Assembly (NCBI GenBank): GCA_963707985.1
Contig: CAVPRW010000027.1
Coordinates: 145,521 to 209,520, forward strand
Reading direction: 5' to 3'
Source of the DNA: an uncultured Nitrospinota bacterium
GTDB lineage: Bacteria > Tectomicrobia > Entotheonellia > J063 > CAVPRW01
DNA length: 64,000 nt
Shown: positions 31,991-41,589 of the stretch, in pieces
How positions within the stretch are numbered: position 1 is the first letter of the stretch
How the letters are laid out: the number at the start of each line of letters is the position of its first letter
Notes under the pieces: model-generated
Database searches by the model: none
What the model was told of the DNA's origin: nothing
What the model saw: the letters and a program-made list of their open reading frames with translations, nothing else
Program-made: the position numbers and the translations under genes

Positions 31991-32830
31991 TTACGGTACT
32001 GTCACGGTAAAGTTGACGTAGACTGATATCCTCTCCCGTACGAAGAGGGCGAGATCGTCGTCGAAGACGGTAGCTGCTGGGGTGGAAGGGTCGACCCATC
32101 CACGAGTCCACAGCCGATCCACTGATAATCGGGCAGCAGCCAATTGACGTAGAGGCGTCATCACCGCGCGCGAAGAGCCGAGGTTACCACTCAGCACGGT
32201 AGCGGCCGGGGCGGACGGGGTGAGCGGCGACCGGGGACAAGGCTCCAGCCGGTCCACTGGTACTGGGGAAAAGCCAGTTCACATACAGCTGGTAATCGGT
32301 GCCGCGCACGAAGAGCGCCAGGTATCCTGATCGACGGTGGCCGCCGGGCCGACGGAGAGAACCCACTACCGGGCACAACGCCCCAGCCGGTCCATTGATC
32401 ATTGGGGAGCAGCCAGTTCACATAGAGACGGTGATCGGTGCCCCGCACAAAGAGCCCGAGGTTACCCTGATAGACAGTAGCAGCCGGGGCGCGACGGGGT
32501 GAAGCCGCACCCGGGACAAGACCCCAGCCGGTCCACTGATTGCTGGGCAACAGCCAATTCACGTACAGGTGGTCATCGGTGCCCCGCACAAAGAGCGCCG
32601 AGGTTACCATGAGGACGGTAGCAGCGGGAGAGGACGGGCGTGAAGCCCGCCGCCGGAAAGCACAGCGCCATGCGGTCTGGAAGTTCACATCCACGTACAG
32701 GTGCCCACGATCTGGCCGAGGAGGTTGATCGCCGCACTCGGGGGTAGTCGAGGTCGCCCCCGGGACATCGAGGGGCGTGAAGGTGCCTTTGTCGAAGAGA
32801 AAGCCGTGTTGCGAGGGAGGGCAAGCCGGT
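31991..32830 (-). pseudogene. Decayed beta-propeller repeat protein (PLL/fucose-lectin-like repeats) with a HAF-like repeat fragment
   Basis: About five copies of PAATV..GNLALFVRGTD..LYVNWL....QWTGW..VPG across frames; HGFLFDKGTFTPLDVPGA. Confidence 0.65.
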
Positions 32831-34655
32831 CCGCGTCGCGTCAGTAGCCGACGAGCTGACTGGAGGTGCTGCAGCAATATCGAGCGTGAGATATGGTCGC
32901 CTTCGGGAATAGGCTGAAGCTTCGCTATCAGCGAAACCACTGTGGACCGAAGGAAGATTGCGCAATGAGTAATGTTGTTGGCACCAATAGGTTAGCACAA
33001 AAGCTAGACACTCGATGAAGTGGAACTGCTCAACAGCCGGATATTATCATATTGAATAGCTGCTTGGATCACCGCAAAATCCACGCTACACACGAAGGGA
33101 CGACCGCTTAAGGGAGTTGCACGTATCAGCGGCAGCGATGAGACCAGAGTTATCTTTACACGGTTCTCGCCAGACATCGGAAACGGTACTTGTCCCCCAG
33201 TAAACGACGCTGCCTGCATGGTGAAGAAACAGGTGGACGTGGTGAATGATCGGCGCGTGTCACGGTGGTAGGGTATAGAGGCCGCCGGTAAGGTAATGGT
33301 ACACGCCCATTCGCATGGCGCAATTAGGTAGCGGTGCAGGCAAGCACGTAGGGGGAATTGCGGCAGCGGTAGCCTAGCCCCAGTCGTGAGCCACGGCTTC
33401 AGCGTGCTCCCGTCGAGCATACTCATGCGATAAGCTCTTGGGGGGGCGCATAGACATGGTGGGTTGATAACGCTGGTAGCACCACGAGCAAGCATCGTGC
33501 CATGCTGGAATACCTGAGGACCGATGCGGCTTTCCGCTAGGATTCCCACGCCAGTAGGTGTAGGTGCTCGTGGGGTAACACGACCCACAACTGGACAAAA
33601 GATCCCACAATCAGAATACACAGGAGCCGTAGGGCGAACCACTTGAGTGAGCAGATACGGTCGGAGCACTCGATCCGTAGTGCCGGAAATAGCCTGTTAA
33701 GTCGTATCGCAGCGCCACTGCTATAGGTTCAATAGTGATCTCTGGCAGTGACCGCTAATTGCAGATCCAGCGGCTGCAAGAACTGATGAGGCAGTTTGGC
33801 ACTCTTGTGAGACGTAAATCACAGGCTACTAGGAGGTGATATACGACCTTAGTCACTTTCCGGTCGACCCCGATCCGCCGAACGTGACGCATGAAGCTCT
33901 CTTCGTCAGACTCCAGCGCGAGGCCCGCGAGGTCAAGCGCGGCTTGTGGGGACCGTAACGAATAGCATGGCTCTGCCCCTGGGCCGAGACAAGAGCTGTC
34001 CCGCATAGCTCCTGCCAGCCTAGCGGCCGGTGCCGTCGATGACACCGCATACGTGAGCCGAGGCGCAACAGTGTCCAGAAGGACGGAGGCAAGGCCTCGA
34101 TCGTCCGATCCCTTCTTTGGGCATGCGCAAAAGTCGAACCAGACCCCGACGCACATGGAATACCCATCTTTTCACACCACCGCCCTGTACCCCACTCAAA
34201 AGGCGCCCAGGCCACGCGCCAGGGGCAACAACCCCAGTCGTCCCACGCTCAGTTACCACCCCAGGCCTCATCTCACCATGATGCCACGAGGGTCACCCCA
34301 GCCAGAAATCGATCGGGCCAGTCGACCATGGCGCCGAGGCGGCTGCAAATCCTGCAACTTCTGGATGCATCTTGACCACCGCGATCAAGTATGTGATCCA
34401 TCGCGCCCAGATAGTTGCCACGCCGTGCGACATCGATGTGATCGTCGTCACCAGCATCAGATTCTTGCCCTCAGTTGCAACGATCGCATCAGCCTGAAGG
34501 CATCCCAGGGATCAGTGTGTTCGTCGCGTGGTCGGGCCGCTCGTGGGCATCGTCGATCCCCCCTTTGCGACGCGGGGATTGTCGAACCACATCGCGATCC
34601 GCATAGAAGGTCCGATGGTTTGCACCGACCGCCCTGTGCTCCACCGGACAAGCGC

Positions 34656-35579
34656 TTATGCCCCCGCGGCACGCTCGGCGGCCGCCTCGCCCTTGGTCTG
34701 GGGCGCTGCTCCGGACACGGCGTGCGGCTGGGGGGCCACGGTGCCCTGGCGCGTGGCCCAGGCCTGCGTGAACTCGGCGCCGAAGAACACGATCAGGGCC
34801 GAGTAATAGACCCACACGAGGAGCACCACCATCGACCCGGCCGCGCCGTAGGCCGAGCCGACGCTTGCCTGGCCGAGGTAATAGCCGATCGCCGTCTTGC
34901 CGAGGGTGAAGAGCACTGCCGTGACGAATCCGCCCAGCCACACGTCGCGCCAGCGAATCTCGGCGTCCGGCACGTATGTAAAAAAGAGGGCAAACATGAG
35001 CGTGAGGACCGCCAGCGACACGACGATCTCCAGGAGGCGGCTCATGACCGTCTGCTCCGGGCCCTGGAACAGGGCGGAGGCCCCCGCCAGGGCGGCACTG
35101 ACGACGAGGGAGACGACGAGCAGGAACGCCAGCGCGAAGACGAGGCCCAGCGAGAAGAGGCGCGCTTTGAGCCAGGCCCAAAGCCCGGCCCAGGCCCCAC
35201 GGGTCGGGGCGGGCTGGACCTCCCAGATCAGGTTCATCGTCGTCTGGAGCTCGCCGAAGACCGCCGTGGCGCCGATGACCAGGGTGACGAGGCCGACGAC
35301 GGTCGCCCACGTGCCCCCCTCCGGACTCGTGGTGGTGAGAATGCTATTGACGAGTTCACGGCCGGCCGAGCCCATGAGGCTTTCGAGCTGGGCCGCGAGC
35401 TGACCGGCCACCTGTTCCCGCCCGAGCACCATTCCGGTCACGCCGACCAGGAGCAGCACCAGCGGTGCCAATGACAAGGCGGTGTAGTACGCGAGGGACG
35501 CCGCCAGCCTCAAGCAGTTGTCCTCCCACCAGTCCTGCGCGGCATGTATGGTGACGCTCCAGAGACGCTTGATCGGCAT
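34656..35579 (-). CDS. YihY/virulence factor BrkB family membrane protein
   Basis: LAASLAYYTALSLAP, YGAAGS, WVYYSALIVFFGAEF. Confidence 0.93.
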   Translation of the reverse strand: MPIKRLWSVTIHAAQDWWEDNCLRLAASLAYYTALSLAPLVLLLVGVTGMVLGREQVAGQLAAQLESLMGSAGRELVNSILTTTSPEGGTWATVVGLVTLVIGATAVFGELQTTMNLIWEVQPAPTRGAWAGLWAWLKARLFSLGLVFALAFLLVVSLVVSAALAGASALFQGPEQTVMSRLLEIVVSLAVLTLMFALFFTYVPDAEIRWRDVWLGGFVTAVLFTLGKTAIGYYLGQASVGSAYGAAGSMVVLLVWVYYSALIVFFGAEFTQAWATRQGTVAPQPHAVSGAAPQTKGEAAAERAAGA

Positions 35580-35744
35580 GACTCACCTCCACTCCAGCAT
35601 CAGGATGCGCGGCGGTCCGCTTCTGCGCCACCACGTCAGGTCCTGCTCACCATCCTGTCGCTAGGGGGTCCAGGGCCCTGACTACGTCATGGTCTGACGG
35701 CGGCTCCTGACATCCTTCACCGACACCGGCGCACGTGCCAGCCT

Positions 35745-35766
35745 CCGCGAGCCGCGCGGCTCGCGG
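35745..35766. terminator. Perfect 22-bp palindrome after the CHRD gene
   Basis: ccgcgagccgcgcggctcgcgg. Confidence 0.45.
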
Positions 35767-35772
35767 CATGCC

Positions 35773-36207
35773 CTACTTGGACAGTTGCCCGCGCACGGCC
35801 CCCTTCGGAAAGGCGGCCGTGTGAACGTTGACGTAGTAGTCGGTCGGGTCTTGGATGATGGCTTCGATCACGACGACATCCGCCTTCGTGCACCCCTTGG
35901 CGGCGCCGGTCTTGGGCGCGTCGAGGGGCACGGCAACGGGACCCTCGACGCCCTTCTCCCCCTTATGGATATGGGCCGCCGTGGCCTCCTGCAGATTCAC
36001 CACGCTCAGCTCATAACAGACTTCGCCTTTGTCGGGATTGAGGGTCACCTGCACGGTGCCACTTCCGTTGGGGTCTCCTGGACCGGGCACCTCCGCGTCC
36101 CCTGTGAGCGTCGCTTTCGCGTGCCCCATCGCTTGACCGGCCACCACCGGCACTACGTGCACCAGCGCCAGGACCATGATGAGTGTGACAAGCATACGGA
36201 TTCGCAT
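35773..36207 (-). CDS. Secreted CHRD-domain protein
   Basis: Signal peptide; LTGDAEVP, TAAHIH, YYVNVHTAAFPKGAVRGQL. Confidence 0.92.
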   Translation of the reverse strand: MRIRMLVTLIMVLALVHVVPVVAGQAMGHAKATLTGDAEVPGPGDPNGSGTVQVTLNPDKGEVCYELSVVNLQEATAAHIHKGEKGVEGPVAVPLDAPKTGAAKGCTKADVVVIEAIIQDPTDYYVNVHTAAFPKGAVRGQLSK

Positions 36208-36350
36208 CGCAACCTCCTTTATTGGGTGAGAGTGTTCAGACACCTTGATGACGCGGCCTGGGGTCCACTTGACCGGCGCGCCTTTCGGCGACGGCGTGTC
36301 AGGGTCACGAACGTCCGCGGTGGCATATTTGGCCGCCACCCGGTCATCAG

Positions 36351-36725
36351 CTACGACAACCCCGCCTGGGCTGTCAGGTCCTCAGTCGTATACCGCCCCA
36401 TGAGCTCCAACACCTGGTCCACCTGGTGATCGGCCACGGCAACGCTCACCAGGGCACCCCCGCCATCGAGGACCATGGCATACGGCTGGGCCGCGTCCGC
36501 CGGGACCCCGAACGCGATCAATGCGGCGGGCTCCCCCCGACTCGCAGGCCCTACGTCCACATTCATGCCCCACGCCGCCGCGACCAGTACGTCTCCGACG
36601 GAGGTTTCCTCCCGATTCGCGATGATGGTGATATCCTCGCTGCGGATACCCTGCGCCACCAACGTCTGGGTCACGCGTTGCGCCTCGGAAAACCCGTCAA
36701 ACAGACCCATCGCAGTCGTCGTCAT
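36351..36725 (-). CDS. General stress protein-like
   Basis: GLFD..EAQRV...EDITII, GVPADAAQPY...GGALVSV; RBS AAGGAG. Confidence 0.6.
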   Translation of the reverse strand: MTTTAMGLFDGFSEAQRVTQTLVAQGIRSEDITIIANREETSVGDVLVAAAWGMNVDVGPASRGEPAALIAFGVPADAAQPYAMVLDGGGALVSVAVADHQVDQVLELMGRYTTEDLTAQAGLS

Positions 36726-37001
36726 GGCCGTTCTCCTTCTCGGTCGAGCGCGACCTCCGGCCTCGCTCGGCGCATCGTCCACCGGGGCCACGCGTCTGCC
36801 GGCCCCAGCAACGAGGTCTCGGAATGAAACATCCTATCAGAATGAGACATGCTCAATGAGACATGCTCGGTAACTCTTTCGATGTGAGACAACTGCCTCG
36901 CCAGCGCCTCTCAGCGGGGCACATGGGGCCTGAAGACGACGGGCACCGTCTCGCGTGGTCACGCCAGCCCACGGGGCCACCACATCACGCCCGTCTCTGA
37001 G

Positions 37002-37017
37002 AGCAAACGGTGTGCCA
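37002..37017 (-). promoter_or_regulatory. Sigma54 promoter
   Basis: Minus strand TGGCACACCGTTTGCT, near-consensus -24/-12, upstream of the stress/CHRD/YihY genes. Confidence 0.75.
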
Positions 37018-37754
37018 TCGACCGCAGCCCCGACGCCACCGTCGAGGTGCAGCCCATCGCGCTCAACATGCCGCCCACTCGTGCGGCATGGACGCGATCG
37101 CCATCACCGGCATCAGATGCTCGCCCTCAGATGCATCGATCGTATCATCCTGAAGGTCATCCCCTAGGGATTGGGTGGGATCATCACGGGTGGGGGCGCT
37201 TGTGGACACCGCCCCGCTTTATCGCCACATCCCTCGGCAGTCTCACCGCCAGTCTCTATGCGAAACCCCGACACGCCGAGGTACCAGGGTCTCCAGACCG
37301 CGGGTTCGTCGGGCCAGGCGATGGAGTATGCCATCGGGAACCTGCACGTCAAGCGCAACCGCCCTTTCATCGGGGCAGCAGGCGTAAAGCCTTGGTCTCG
37401 TGATTCGACGACATGGATGGCCACCTGTGCCGTCAGAAGCGATGACCGACCCACCATCGGCTGAATCTATCGGCAGCTTGGCGCCAGGGATGTGACCGAT
37501 TCATGAGGTCAGACGATCACCGCGATGACAGCATCCCTCGACAAGATCAGAGCGCACCTCGGCACGGGAGTGGGGGGCGGATGTCGCGTGCGCCGCGTGC
37601 GCGCTCCCCTGGCCCTCTGGTGCTCCGTGACATCATTCCGTCGATCGAGGCGTGCGCCCCCGCTCCGCTCATCTCGGATGGCTCCGGCTTGATCCGTGCC
37701 GTGTATATGCTATAATACTATATATAGTGATATCTACGGAAAGGGGGTGAACGT

Positions 37755-38138
37755 GTGCGAGTTTTGCACGCACCAACATTGGTGCAGTGGGGTTGTGCCC
37801 ATCGCTGGAAAACGACCACAACGCGGCCGGGCCATGATGACATCGTGCGGATGCGCTATCTCACGTGCCGGCGCTGCGGCCTCAAGGTGAAGACCCATGA
37901 GCGGCTGGCGGTGCCCTGGGATGCGGAGGACCTCGTCAAGGAGGTGAAGGCGTTGCTGCCCGAGGGTCAGGCCGTGGCGCTGCGGGACAAAGGGATTACC
38001 GAGCTGCCGTTGGCGCGGCTCAATGCTCGTCTGGCGCTGTTACGGCTATGTCATTCACGCCAGGAAATCGCGAGACCCAAAGCGCTCGGTGATGTGCACG
38101 GGCGACGATGGACGGGAGGAGCCGTTCGAGCTGTTTGA
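37755..38138 (+). CDS. Small zinc-ribbon-like protein, possibly frameshifted
   Basis: RYLTCRRCGLKVKTHERL; AT-rich TGCTATAAT upstream at ~37708. Confidence 0.4.
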   Translation: MRVLHAPTLVQWGCAHRWKTTTTRPGHDDIVRMRYLTCRRCGLKVKTHERLAVPWDAEDLVKEVKALLPEGQAVALRDKGITELPLARLNARLALLRLCHSRQEIARPKALGDVHGRRWTGGAVRAV

Positions 38139-38253
38139 ACTGCGGTCGACGTCCTCCACGACATTCGTGGAGATGATCGGGAGTCGGCCCAAGGTCGATT
38201 AATCGCCCGCAGTGGGCGAGCACCAGGGTTGCATCAAAAGAAAGGAGTAGGAG

Positions 38254-39204
38254 GTGAGCCTTTATCAACGCGGGAAAAGTTGGTATTCCGATTTCATATA
38301 TCGGGGCGAGCGCTATGTCGGCTGCATCGGCCCGGTTTCAAAAACCGTGGCGAAAGAGATCATGGCCAAGAAGAAAGTGGAGGCGGTGGAAGGGCGGTAT
38401 GAATTGCCCTCAAACGAACGCTATAAGCGCCAACGGAAGGAGGATGGTGTTAGTGAAGCGACGATCAATCGCGAATTGGCGTTCCTGAAAAATCTCTTCA
38501 CCAAAGCCCTCGAATGGGGGAAGGCGACGGAGAATCCCGTCAAGAAGGTTCGGTTGTACCGGGAGCAAAACGCACGCACCCGGTATCTGACCGAAGATGA
38601 AGAAGCACGCCTACTGGCCGTCTGTGGTCCACAATTGCGGCCGCTGGTCGTCACCGCGCTCCACACGGGGTTTCGCGCTTCGGAGCTGCGCTCTCTAACG
38701 TGGGCCGACGTCGAGATCAACCGCCGCATGATCACGGTACGTGCCGGCTATGCCAAGCACGGGGAAGCTCGTAGCGTGCCCATGAATCAATTATTGACGG
38801 ACATCTTGAAATCTGTTAAGATCGCCGATATTCAGGGCGATAAGGTGTTCTGTTCTCGTGAGGGGACGCCCTATCGTTCGTTCCGCTCAGCGTTCGAACG
38901 CGCCGTTCGGAAGGCGGGGATCGCAGATTTTACGTTCCATGATCTGCGACATACATTCGCGAGTCGCTTGGTGATGGCGGGGGTGGATTTGCCCACGGTG
39001 AAAGAATTACTCGGGCACCGGGACATTAGTATGACCATGCGGTACACACATCTCTCCAGCGACCATAAACAGGCCGCGGTAGGAAAACTGGAACAGTTTG
39101 CCGCAAAAGTCCCAGCAATTTTCACAACACCCTTAATTGATCCATTACTTAACTACTCGCAAGTTATTGAAAAAACTCACGCCCCCGTAGCTCAGCTCGG
39201 ATAG
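38254..39204 (+). CDS. Tyrosine recombinase/phage integrase, probably with an internal deletion
   Basis: HTGFRASE, FHDLRHTFAS, LLGH, MRYTH; arm-like N-terminus joins abruptly at YELPSNERYK. Confidence 0.9.
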   Translation: MSLYQRGKSWYSDFIYRGERYVGCIGPVSKTVAKEIMAKKKVEAVEGRYELPSNERYKRQRKEDGVSEATINRELAFLKNLFTKALEWGKATENPVKKVRLYREQNARTRYLTEDEEARLLAVCGPQLRPLVVTALHTGFRASELRSLTWADVEINRRMITVRAGYAKHGEARSVPMNQLLTDILKSVKIADIQGDKVFCSREGTPYRSFRSAFERAVRKAGIADFTFHDLRHTFASRLVMAGVDLPTVKELLGHRDISMTMRYTHLSSDHKQAAVGKLEQFAAKVPAIFTTPLIDPLLNYSQVIEKTHAPVAQLG

Positions 39205-39255
39205 AGCATCGGATTCCGGATCCGTGTGTCGGAGGTTCAAATCCTCTCGGGGGTA
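39181..39255 (+). tRNA. tRNA-Arg(CCG)
   Basis: Acceptor GCCCCCG/CGGGGGT, D-arm, anticodon loop TTCCGGA, T-loop TTCAAAT; CCA not encoded. Confidence 0.92.
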
Positions 39256-39281
39256 CTAGGCTTCTCACTAGTGGAGACTTT

Positions 39282-40220
39282 ATGCGTGATGTGGTCATTC
39301 TCGGTGCAGGCCCGGCTGGCCTCACTGCCGCCATATATGCGGCGCGAGCCAACCGTGCTCCGGTCGTCATTACCGGGCCGCTTTTCGGTGGGCAATTGGC
39401 GATGACCACGGAGGTGGAAAATTTCCCCGGCTTCCCGGACGGTGTCATGGGCCCAGAGCTGATGGAGTTGATGAAGCGACAAGCTGAGCGATTTGGAGCC
39501 GAAATCCGCATCGGCGACGTCGCTGACGTCGAGTTGAACCAGTCCCCATTGCGAATGACCCTGAACGGGGAACTCGTCGAAACCAAATCGTTAATCGTTG
39601 CCACCGGTGCTTCGGCGCGCCTGCTGGACGTTCCAGGGGAGCGCGAGTTCTTCGGCCGCGGAGTTTCCACCTGTGCCACCTGCGATGGCTTCTTTTATCG
39701 CGACAAAACGGTGGCTGTGGTCGGAGGCGGGGACGGAGCGCTTGAGGAGGGGACGTTCCTGACGCGCTACGCCTCGAAGGTGTTCCTGGTGCATCGACGT
39801 GATCGTCTGCGCGCCAGTCAGATTCTCCAGGACCGGGCGACAAAAAACGATAAGATTGCCTTCATCTGGGATACGGTCGTTGACGAGATTAGGGGGGATC
39901 AACACACCGGCGTGAGCGCTGCTCTCCTGCGCAATGTTAAAACCGGGGGAGGAGAGGAGTTGCCCGTGGATGGGGTGTTCCTGGCCATCGGGCACATACC
40001 GAATACGAAGATGTTCGAGGGACAGCTCAAGCTCGATGAGCAAGGCTATATCGTGACGGATTCTCGCATGCACACGAATCTTCAAGGCGTGTTTGCCTGC
40101 GGCGATTGCCAGGATCATATCTATCGCCAGGCCATCACGGCAGCCGGTACCGGCTGTGTCGCGGCCATCGAGGCGGAAAAGTTCCTGGCTGAGGTTGAGG
40201 GGCGGGCGTATCCTGCATGA
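39282..40220 (+). CDS. trxB: Thioredoxin-disulfide reductase
   Basis: GAGPAG, CATCDG, GGGD, HRRD, YRQAITAAG. Confidence 0.96.
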   Translation: MRDVVILGAGPAGLTAAIYAARANRAPVVITGPLFGGQLAMTTEVENFPGFPDGVMGPELMELMKRQAERFGAEIRIGDVADVELNQSPLRMTLNGELVETKSLIVATGASARLLDVPGEREFFGRGVSTCATCDGFFYRDKTVAVVGGGDGALEEGTFLTRYASKVFLVHRRDRLRASQILQDRATKNDKIAFIWDTVVDEIRGDQHTGVSAALLRNVKTGGGEELPVDGVFLAIGHIPNTKMFEGQLKLDEQGYIVTDSRMHTNLQGVFACGDCQDHIYRQAITAAGTGCVAAIEAEKFLAEVEGRAYPA

Positions 40221-40249
40221 GCGGATGGGCCTGCTTGGTAGGGCATAAC

Positions 40250-40621
40250 GTGAATGATCGTCGATCCTCAGACGCCGACGCTGGGAATCGGCAACGTCAA
40301 AACCGGAGCCGACGTGATCGCGCTCGTGCGGAGAAGTTTGTCGCGTTTGAGCGCACGATCGGTGTCCTGGAACATAACCTCGACGAGTGGCGGCGCTTCC
40401 ACGATTGGATCGTCCTCACCAAGGGTAAGCTCGATCTGATTGAGGAGATCATTAGCCTGGGACATAAATACTCCGGGCTTCTAAGCCGCTATAAGGTATC
40501 GAAAGAGCCTGAGCAAGAGCCGTTGCTGCATGACCTCCGCATTGTTCTGCACATGATGCAAACCCTCTATATGCAATTCAGAGATCGTCGGGGATTTGAC
40601 CTGAATTGGAAGCCACTCTAG
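40250..40621 (+). CDS. Hypothetical helical protein
   Basis: ORF directly after trxB; start uncertain. Confidence 0.5.
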   Translation: MNDRRSSDADAGNRQRQNRSRRDRARAEKFVAFERTIGVLEHNLDEWRRFHDWIVLTKGKLDLIEEIISLGHKYSGLLSRYKVSKEPEQEPLLHDLRIVLHMMQTLYMQFRDRRGFDLNWKPL

Positions 40622-40779
40622 CGCGTCACGAGTGACCCCCTTCTCATGTTCCCTCCTGACGTTCTCATAGACTTGCCGTCAAAGCGCACACACGAGCCTA
40701 GCGTTCAGCCACTCGCAGCGACGGCGCTGCGCAGGACTCTCTGTGTAGACATACCACGGGCAGCAGCTACACAATTACC

Positions 40780-41580
40780 TCAGGCAGGGCGTTTCACAGG
40801 TCTACGCGACTGGGGCTCGGGAAGCCACAAACGCCACAGGATGATCAATGTCATACTGAGCACGATGAGTGCCAGGCTGACGAGTTGTGCGGCCCGCAAC
40901 GAGCCAAACCACAGACTGTCAGCCCGCAGAAACTCCACACCAAAGCGGCCTAGCGAATACAACAGCAGATAGCGCATGGTGGTATAGCCATCTTTGGCTG
41001 GACGCTTCCGCGTCGTCCAGAGATAGATGAAAATGCCCAGATTGATGACCATCTCGTAGAGCATGGTCGGATGCAGGGGAATGTTGGGGAACTGGCTTCC
41101 GGCAGGTGTTTGCGGGGCGAACACGACCCCCCATGGCAGCGTCGTCGGCCCACCATGTGCATCGCCATTCATGAAATTCCCAAAGCGGCCGAGTGCCTGG
41201 CCCAGGATCAGCGGTGGAGCCAGCACATCCATCAAACGCAATACCGGGATCCGTTTACGATGCGCAAACCAGACGACGGCACAGGTGCCACCGATCACCC
41301 CCCCGTGGATGGCCAATCCACCTCGCCAAACAGCGGGGATCTCCCACAGGAATTGGCGATAGAACGACCAATTAAACACCACATAGTAGAGTCGGGCACC
41401 GATGATCCCCGCGAACACGGTGAGGAGGAGCAGATTCGTTTGATCGTCGTCGGTCAACGGCAAACCCTTGCGACGGACCTCTGATCGGATGAGGAAGATA
41501 GCCGCGAGAATGCCCAGGACATACATCAGGCCGTAATAACGAATACTGATAGGGCCGATTTCAATCAGCACGGGATGCAT
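40780..41580 (-). CDS. lgt: Prolipoprotein diacylglyceryl transferase
   Basis: RYYGLMY, GGLAIHGG, GRFGNF, HPTMLYE, RFGVEFLR. Confidence 0.95.
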   Translation of the reverse strand: MHPVLIEIGPISIRYYGLMYVLGILAAIFLIRSEVRRKGLPLTDDDQTNLLLLTVFAGIIGARLYYVVFNWSFYRQFLWEIPAVWRGGLAIHGGVIGGTCAVVWFAHRKRIPVLRLMDVLAPPLILGQALGRFGNFMNGDAHGGPTTLPWGVVFAPQTPAGSQFPNIPLHPTMLYEMVINLGIFIYLWTTRKRPAKDGYTTMRYLLLYSLGRFGVEFLRADSLWFGSLRAAQLVSLALIVLSMTLIILWRLWLPEPQSRRPVKRPA

Positions 41581-41589
41581 AGCCGTGGC

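Larger units (their letters stand above)
34424..37171. repeat. ~90-bp imperfect direct repeat (34424-34512 and 37080-37171)
   Basis: Shared tcacc.gcatcagat.ct.gccctcag.tgca.cgatcg.atca.cctgaagg, flanking a three-gene cluster. Confidence 0.75.

Noticed and set aside
31991..32620. Periodic repeats as a CRISPR array
   Set aside because: Units are ~135 bp, degenerate and translate into a protein repeat; no unique spacers and no cas genes.
33004..33669. 221-aa minus-strand ORF
   Set aside because: No recognisable motif or RBS; left unannotated.
34366..34381. Second sigma54 promoter below the 34424 repeat
   Set aside because: GG-N10-GC spacing only, without the TGGCA context, and no clear downstream gene.
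34053..35474. 473-aa plus-strand ORF
   Set aside because: Mostly antisense to yihY; Arg/Pro-rich with no motifs.
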